Positions 15,832 through 20,000 of a stretch of DNA of 20,000 bases are shown in pieces (the stretch's first letter is position 1; each line of letters starts with the position of its first letter). A program made the position numbers and the translations under genes. The stretch lies in the IMG/VR virus record IMGVR_UViG_3300020198_000011, one strand, 5' to 3'. A model generated the notes under the pieces. That model worked only from the letters and a program-made list of their open reading frames with translations. It made no database searches and was not told where the DNA came from. The stretch is from an uncultured virus (IMG/VR IMGVR_UViG_3300020198_000011) (taxonomy: Duplodnaviria > Heunggongvirae > Uroviricota > Caudoviricetes).

Positions 15832-16811
15832 GACGATCCTCGTTGCAATTTGTTAATCTCCGCTCGCATATCGACCTTGACGTGGGATTTGCCCTCGGCC
15901 CCCATAGCCCGGAAGGACTCCTCGACGGCCTGGTTGACCTGGCCGGCCCGGCCGGAGTTGAACCCGCTCGACGGCGGACTTCGCAACTGCCCGGCCCGGA
16001 AGGCCCGATCCAAGCGAGGGACCCTATCGAGCGGCTCTCCTAGCCATTTCTGGCACCAGGCCTCGTGGTTCTTGTTGAACTTGATACCCTCGGCCGGGTT
16101 GGGATTCAGTCGTAGATACTCCCGGGCGGCTTCGTCCGGGCACTCTTTCTTGGGATGGCGCCGCCACATCACCAGGATCGTCTGCTGTTGACCGAGATCA
16201 CGAACGATACGGCAGATTGCCCGCTCGTCCTCGTCGCGAATCCAGGCCGTCGAGGGTTTGGTCGATGGCCCCTCACGCGCGGGCGCGACCCCTCCGTCGT
16301 GAGACGGAGTCGGAGACGGTAACGGAGATGGAGACGGTAAGGAGTTGAAATCCGTTGAACACTCCGTTGAGTTCCGTTCAACGGAGTGCAACGACACGTT
16401 GGGATCCGTTGAACGATCGTCGATAGCTTGTTCGATTCCCTTATTGGCCGCGCGCTTGGCTGCGCTGGCCTTTCCGGCCTTACTTGCCGCCTCGCTTCGG
16501 TTGGCCGACCCTGCGGCCCATGGATTGCGATCTTCCCAGCCGTGGGCATAGAAACCATCTCCATCGCGTTCCAGGAATCCGATTTCCAGCAGAGCCCCCA
16601 CGAAGACCTCGGGTTCCCCCGGCCATTCGGCGGCATACTTGATCTGCACCGCGCTCATTCCTGCCAGGGAGCCGTCCGACCGATTCGCACCCAGATGACA
16701 CCATAGGGTGATGAGCGCCAAGACCCCGTCGGATCCAAGCAACTCCTTGAGCATCTTGGTTTTCCAGTGATGCGGAAACCCAACTGCAAGCCGGATGTCA
16801 GTGATAGGCAT
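15828..16811 (-). CDS. Phage replication initiator (lambda O-like architecture)
   Basis: N-terminal wHTH-like segment (HWKTKMLKELLG..GV.ALITLW...FVGALLEIGFL), low-complexity linker with DNA iterons and a PSPSP tract, directly upstream of the DnaC-like gene. Confidence 0.75.
   Translation of the reverse strand: MPITDIRLAVGFPHHWKTKMLKELLGSDGVLALITLWCHLGANRSDGSLAGMSAVQIKYAAEWPGEPEVFVGALLEIGFLERDGDGFYAHGWEDRNPWAAGSANRSEAASKAGKASAAKRAANKGIEQAIDDRSTDPNVSLHSVERNSTECSTDFNSLPSPSPLPSPTPSHDGGVAPAREGPSTKPSTAWIRDEDERAICRIVRDLGQQQTILVMWRRHPKKECPDEAAREYLRLNPNPAEGIKFNKNHEAWCQKWLGEPLDRVPRLDRAFRAGQLRSPPSSGFNSGRAGQVNQAVEESFRAMGAEGKSHVKVDMRAEINKLQRGSS
16344..16413. repeat. Iterons / putative replication origin inside the initiator gene
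   Basis: TCCGTTGA at 16351, 16363 and 16405, TCCGTTCA at 16373, inverted TCAACGGA at 16378, GTTGAA at 16344. Confidence 0.7.
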
Positions 16812-17117
16812 TTGTGACGAATTCCTGCGGAAATCTTGCGCCCAGCCTCGCGATGCCTTATGATGGTAGGACCGTTTGGCTGGTCCGGGTGATCGAGCCG
16901 AGGCCCAGGAAGGTGAGCCTGGGCCTCAATTTTTCCGTGGACAGGGGGGGGGCGAGCGATAGGAGTGGTCCTACCACTTGGCTACCATCCTACCGCTCCA
17001 ACCACGGAGCGATCAAGCCGTGATTTCTCGCATGATCGTTCGAGACCTCCAGCATGATCCAGTAAGGACACAAGCATGCCAGGTCATGCCCTGCTTCATT
17101 AAATCCTGATTAAACAG

Positions 17118-17252
17118 CTAGTTTCCCTTGCTGGGTTGTTTACGAGGAAACAGCCAAGCGCAAGTCAGGCACAACTCAGGATCGCCAGGATCCCGGATGG
17201 CTACCCGGGCAGGTCGAATCTCGCAAGCCAGGCACGCGCGCGTCTCGATCAT
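17118..17252 (-). CDS. 44-aa Zn-ribbon microprotein
   Basis: Manual translation MIETRACLACEIRPARVAIRDPGDPELCLTCAWLFPRKQPSKGN. ATGA overlap with the upstream gene. Confidence 0.6.
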   Translation of the reverse strand: MIETRACLACEIRPARVAIRDPGDPELCLTCAWLFPRKQPSKGN

Positions 17253-17425
17253 GGCGCGGCCTTGGTATTACCAGCCTTCTTGTGGGCCTTTTGCTGGCAA
17301 GTACGAGAGTGGGTATACTCCCCGCCAGGGCCGGGCCAGCGGTTCAAGATCTGCTTGGTGGCGGGATCGATTGCCGCCAAGGTCCTGGCCTGGCATACGG
17401 TGCAAGTCGCGTTAGGTTGCGGCAT
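17249..17425 (-). CDS. 58-aa Zn-binding microprotein (CxxC...HxxxC)
   Basis: MPQPNATCTVCQ...YTHSRTC. RBS GAGGGG. Confidence 0.65.
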   Translation of the reverse strand: MPQPNATCTVCQARTLAAIDPATKQILNRWPGPGGEYTHSRTCQQKAHKKAGNTKAAP

Positions 17426-17708
17426 AGCCCCTCTTCTTTCTCGCCGCGGCAGACGCCAGCCCGCCACGGCGGTTGATTTCCCGGAGGGCGACCCGACCAT
17501 ACCTGACCAGGCATCTCGCGTAACCCAGAGCCCCGGCCTCCTCGCACGTCATGGCCGGCACCAGTTGACGGATCCGTTGCCGGTAGCGCCTGGACCGGAT
17601 ACGATCCTGCTCCCGGCGACACGCAACACAGATCCACCAGGCCGAGGTGAGATCAGCCCGCGCGAGGGGCTTGCCGCAGCGACATGGGTCGCCGTCGACG
17701 TGCCTCAT
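17412..17708 (-). CDS. Zn-finger protein with a KGG/Em-like C-terminal motif (98 aa)
   Basis: CRCG...CVAC, then MTCEEAGALG...YGRVALREINRRGG. ATGA overlap. Confidence 0.65.
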   Translation of the reverse strand: MRHVDGDPCRCGKPLARADLTSAWWICVACRREQDRIRSRRYRQRIRQLVPAMTCEEAGALGYARCLVRYGRVALREINRRGGLASAAARKKRGYAAT

Positions 17709-18082
17709 GCCACGAACTCCAGGCCATCACCCGAGCGCTCGACCTGGTCGATAACATCCCGGGCGAAGGCCAAGAAGCGCCTATCAGTATCCTCCCGCGT
17801 CTGACCCCCCAGGACGTCGGTCAGGCCATATCGCTCATAGAGTACAAACGGCCCGTCTTCGCCCGTCTTGCGCTCGGCAATCAGGCCGCTCTCATTCATG
17901 AGCCAGCGCATGGAGATTCGCCAAGGGTTTCCGGGGGCGATCTCATCGAGGAAGTCCCCGAGCAGGCCGGCGTAGTCGTTTCCTTCCTCGTGGTTATACC
18001 CTTCATTGAACAGGCCGCCGAAGAGCCCTCGATCTTCGAGGAAGGCCCGGAAGGCCTCGTCGATTCGTTCGATCGTGGTCAT
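17705..18082 (-). CDS. Acidic hypothetical protein (125 aa)
   Basis: GGAGG RBS and ATGA overlaps at both ends. Confidence 0.75.
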   Translation of the reverse strand: MTTIERIDEAFRAFLEDRGLFGGLFNEGYNHEEGNDYAGLLGDFLDEIAPGNPWRISMRWLMNESGLIAERKTGEDGPFVLYERYGLTDVLGGQTREDTDRRFLAFARDVIDQVERSGDGLEFVA

Positions 18083-18516
18083 GGAGCCTCCCGGTACTCG
18101 ACCAGGTCAACGTAACCACCGGCGCCGTACATGTCGACATCGAGCGGCGGCGTGCCGTCGCCCGGAAACAGTGCCCGGATGCGAGCCCGGAATGCCGCAT
18201 GGACATGCTTAGTGCCGACCTCGTCGCCGGGCCCGAGCTTGAGCTCCCGGGAAGCCGATTCAAGCAGCTCGCCCCAAGGGTACATCCACAGCGAAGTTCG
18301 CCGCTCGACCATGCCTGGCCGGACCGCCGAGGGGGTCCACACGTGTGGACTGGTAGTACCAAGTGCGTCGAGGGCGGCGTCGAGATCAATCAAACCCTCG
18401 CGGGTCCGGGTTTTGAAGCTCGCCAACTCGAAGACCGGCAGCTTGCCGGCCGCCACGGCTAGCTGGATAGCAAGCGGAACCTCCAGGGTTCCCTCAAGTG
18501 CCGTAGAGTGTGTCAT
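18079..18516 (-). CDS. Hypothetical protein (145 aa)
   Basis: AAGGTGG before ATG 18516. MTHSTALEGTLEV... Confidence 0.7.
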   Translation of the reverse strand: MTHSTALEGTLEVPLAIQLAVAAGKLPVFELASFKTRTREGLIDLDAALDALGTTSPHVWTPSAVRPGMVERRTSLWMYPWGELLESASRELKLGPGDEVGTKHVHAAFRARIRALFPGDGTPPLDVDMYGAGGYVDLVEYREAP

Positions 18517-18985
18517 GGATCCACCTTTCCCAAAAACGGCAGTCTTCCAGGGCCATCTGGGTGAACTGCGTGGTCCTGCCAATTCTGGCGGCCTCCTCGC
18601 GGGCGAATTGCCGCAATGGCTCAGTCAGACCGTCGAAAAGCCCCTCGGTGAAGTGGCGCGCCGCGGCGAGCTTGGCAGCCCGGTCGGCTTCGAAGTAGAG
18701 GCGCCAGACCGCCGGGGCGGCGCTCTCGGGCGAACGGTCCTTCCGGATCTTGACGCGGAAGCTCGTTTTCTTTGGGAGGTAAGACGAGTATGGCACGGCG
18801 ATCCAGACGACCATACCACCGGTCAGGACCGACTCACCCCCGACTTGCTTGTAGCAGCGTCTGGCCGAGAGCAGTAATGGCTGCCCACCGGCCCCTGGCA
18901 GCTCCCGGGTAGCGGTATAGGGCCAGTCCCGGGGAATGTTTCGCAACAAGTCGACGATGACGAGATCGACGAGGCTGAGGGCCAT
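18494..18985 (-). CDS. Hypothetical protein (163 aa)
   Basis: AAGGA RBS and in operon order. Confidence 0.7.
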   Translation of the reverse strand: MALSLVDLVIVDLLRNIPRDWPYTATRELPGAGGQPLLLSARRCYKQVGGESVLTGGMVVWIAVPYSSYLPKKTSFRVKIRKDRSPESAAPAVWRLYFEADRAAKLAAARHFTEGLFDGLTEPLRQFAREEAARIGRTTQFTQMALEDCRFWERWIHDTLYGT

Positions 18986-18990
18986 GGGAA

Positions 18991-19296
18991 TTAGTCCTTC
19001 TCGGGAAACCGCCGACCACCATGAATGTTACCGGCCTGACAGGGATCGCAGATGGGATCCCCGCACAGTTTGCAGAAGGTGTCGGCGGGTCGTTGCTTGC
19101 AGTGGGGATCGAAGATCAATTCGGCCAACTGGATGCCGATCTTGTGCAGGGCATCCCAGTCCGGGGATAGGTCGGTGTAGGTCGACCCCGGCCTGGCCTT
19201 GACCTTATCAATGGCTTCTTCCTGCGAGCCGGCCTCGACAATATGCTCGGTGTCGACGACAACCCTGTCTCGGGTGATGACGCGATAAAGGGGCAA
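18991..19296 (-). CDS. Hypothetical protein with VEAxSxEEA motif and C-terminal Cys cluster
   Basis: LYRVITRDRVVVDTEHIVEAGSQEEAIDKV...CKLCGDPICDPC. Start TTG 19296 or ATG 19320. Confidence 0.65.
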   Translation of the reverse strand: MPLYRVITRDRVVVDTEHIVEAGSQEEAIDKVKARPGSTYTDLSPDWDALHKIGIQLAELIFDPHCKQRPADTFCKLCGDPICDPCQAGNIHGGRRFPEKD

Positions 19297-19354
19297 TTCA
19301 GGACACCCCCCCCTGACCATGGAAGCCGTCGGCTTTCATCGACGAAGTCGTGAC

Positions 19355-19560
19355 CACGTAGCGCGCCAAGCCCCGACATTCATGCCGGGGAAGGATAGCG
19401 CGGGCGGCGCAAGCCGTCCCTGGTCCGGCGTTGTCTGCTGCTAGATATACTGTCGCACAATCGAAATCGGCGCCCCGCCGTAGCTTGCGGCGAAATAGCT
19501 GGGACCCCATAATACCTCCTCCCAATAGGCGTTGACCCGGCACCCTTGAGGCTGTTAACC
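19355..19560 (+). mobile_element. Decayed IS200/IS605 copy: LE plus 3' tnpA remnant (minus strand)
   Basis: TGAC 19351-19354, CAAG plus hairpin 19367-19390. Remnant reads VNSLKG/[~34-nt deletion]/AYWEEVLWGPSYFAASYGGAPISIVRQYI*QQTTPD with GAG>TAG at 19441-19443. Confidence 0.9.
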
Positions 19561-19616
19561 GAGATTCGGTTGCGCCCTCCGTTGCCGCCGTAGCCGGAGC
19601 GGTTGGGCTGGATCAT
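19561..19616 (-). pseudogene. Truncated fourth Gly-rich unit joined to the tnpA remnant
   Basis: MIQPNRSGYGGNGGRNRIS, then tnpA-derived VNSLKG. Confidence 0.6.
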
Positions 19617-19765
19617 TCAACCGCTCCCACGATCACGGGACCGTCGTCGCCGTCACCGTAGTCGTAGCCGCCGCCGTCACCGTAGTCGTAGCCGCCGTAG
19701 CCGCCGCCGTCGCCGTAGCCGAAGCCGTCGCCGTCGCCGAAGCCGTCGCCGTTGAGCTGAATCAT
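19613..19765 (-). CDS. Gly-rich microprotein (50 aa)
   Basis: MIQLNGDGFGDGDGFGYGDGGGYGGYDYGDGGGYDYGDGDDGPVIVGAVE. ATGA overlaps on both sides. Confidence 0.75.
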   Translation of the reverse strand: MIQLNGDGFGDGDGFGYGDGGGYGGYDYGDGGGYDYGDGDDGPVIVGAVE

Positions 19766-19947
19766 TCAACTACTCCCACGATCACGGAGCCGGGATCGCC
19801 GTAACCGTCGCCGCCGCCGTAGCCGTAGCCGACGCCGCAGCCGTAGCCGAAGCCGCCGTCGCCGCCGCCGTAGCCGCCGAAGCCGCCGCCAAAGCTGCCG
19901 TAGCCGTAGCCATTGTCGTAGCCGTCACCGCCGTTGAGCTTGATCAT
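19762..19947 (-). CDS. Gly-rich microprotein (61 aa)
   Basis: MIKLNGGDGYDNGYGYG...GDPGSVIVGVVE. ATGA overlaps on both sides. Confidence 0.75.
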   Translation of the reverse strand: MIKLNGGDGYDNGYGYGSFGGGFGGYGGGDGGFGYGCGVGYGYGGGDGYGDPGSVIVGVVE

Positions 19948-20000
19948 TCAACTACGCCCACGATCACGGAGCCGGTGCCGCCGTAGCCGCCGCCGCCGAA
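19944..20000 (-). CDS. Gly-rich microprotein, C-terminal part (5' end outside the window)
   Basis: ...FGGGGYGGTGSVIVGVVE-TGA. Confidence 0.7.
   Translation of the reverse strand, partial: FGGGGYGGTGSVIVGVVE

Noticed and set aside
19602..19974. CRISPR array
   Set aside because: The repeats are coding junctions, the intervening segments are 107-140 bp, low-complexity and similar to each other, and no cas genes are present.

Overview
High-GC phage DNA, most likely the non-integrated form of a large temperate phage. Left (1-5382): a divergent pair of large genes that may encode virion or assembly proteins, two further hypothetical genes, an AbrB-type regulator and an HU-like gene. From about 5500 to 20000 is an almost entirely minus-strand, translationally coupled early/accessory region. 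It holds a lambda O-like replication initiator with internal iterons, a DnaC/IstB-like loader, many small CxxC proteins, a P4-type tyrosine integrase with excisionase, an XRE regulator, a divergent thymidine kinase and an extended RelE-like protein. The integrase sits next to a complete attP-like site: the 3' half of tRNA-Arg(ACG) flanked on both sides by paired arm repeats. One intact IS200/IS605 element (tnpA + tnpB) and two remnants of the same family all sit 3' of TGAC. The most unusual signals are a tandem array of Gly-rich micro-genes with conserved termini, a 57-bp repeat that supplies the C-terminus and a hairpin to two otherwise unrelated genes, a thymidine kinase with substituted catalytic and base-pocket residues, K-x-A motif enrichment in putative head proteins, and a shared 15-bp motif at putative late-gene starts. 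All product calls come from motif recognition by eye; no database searches were run.
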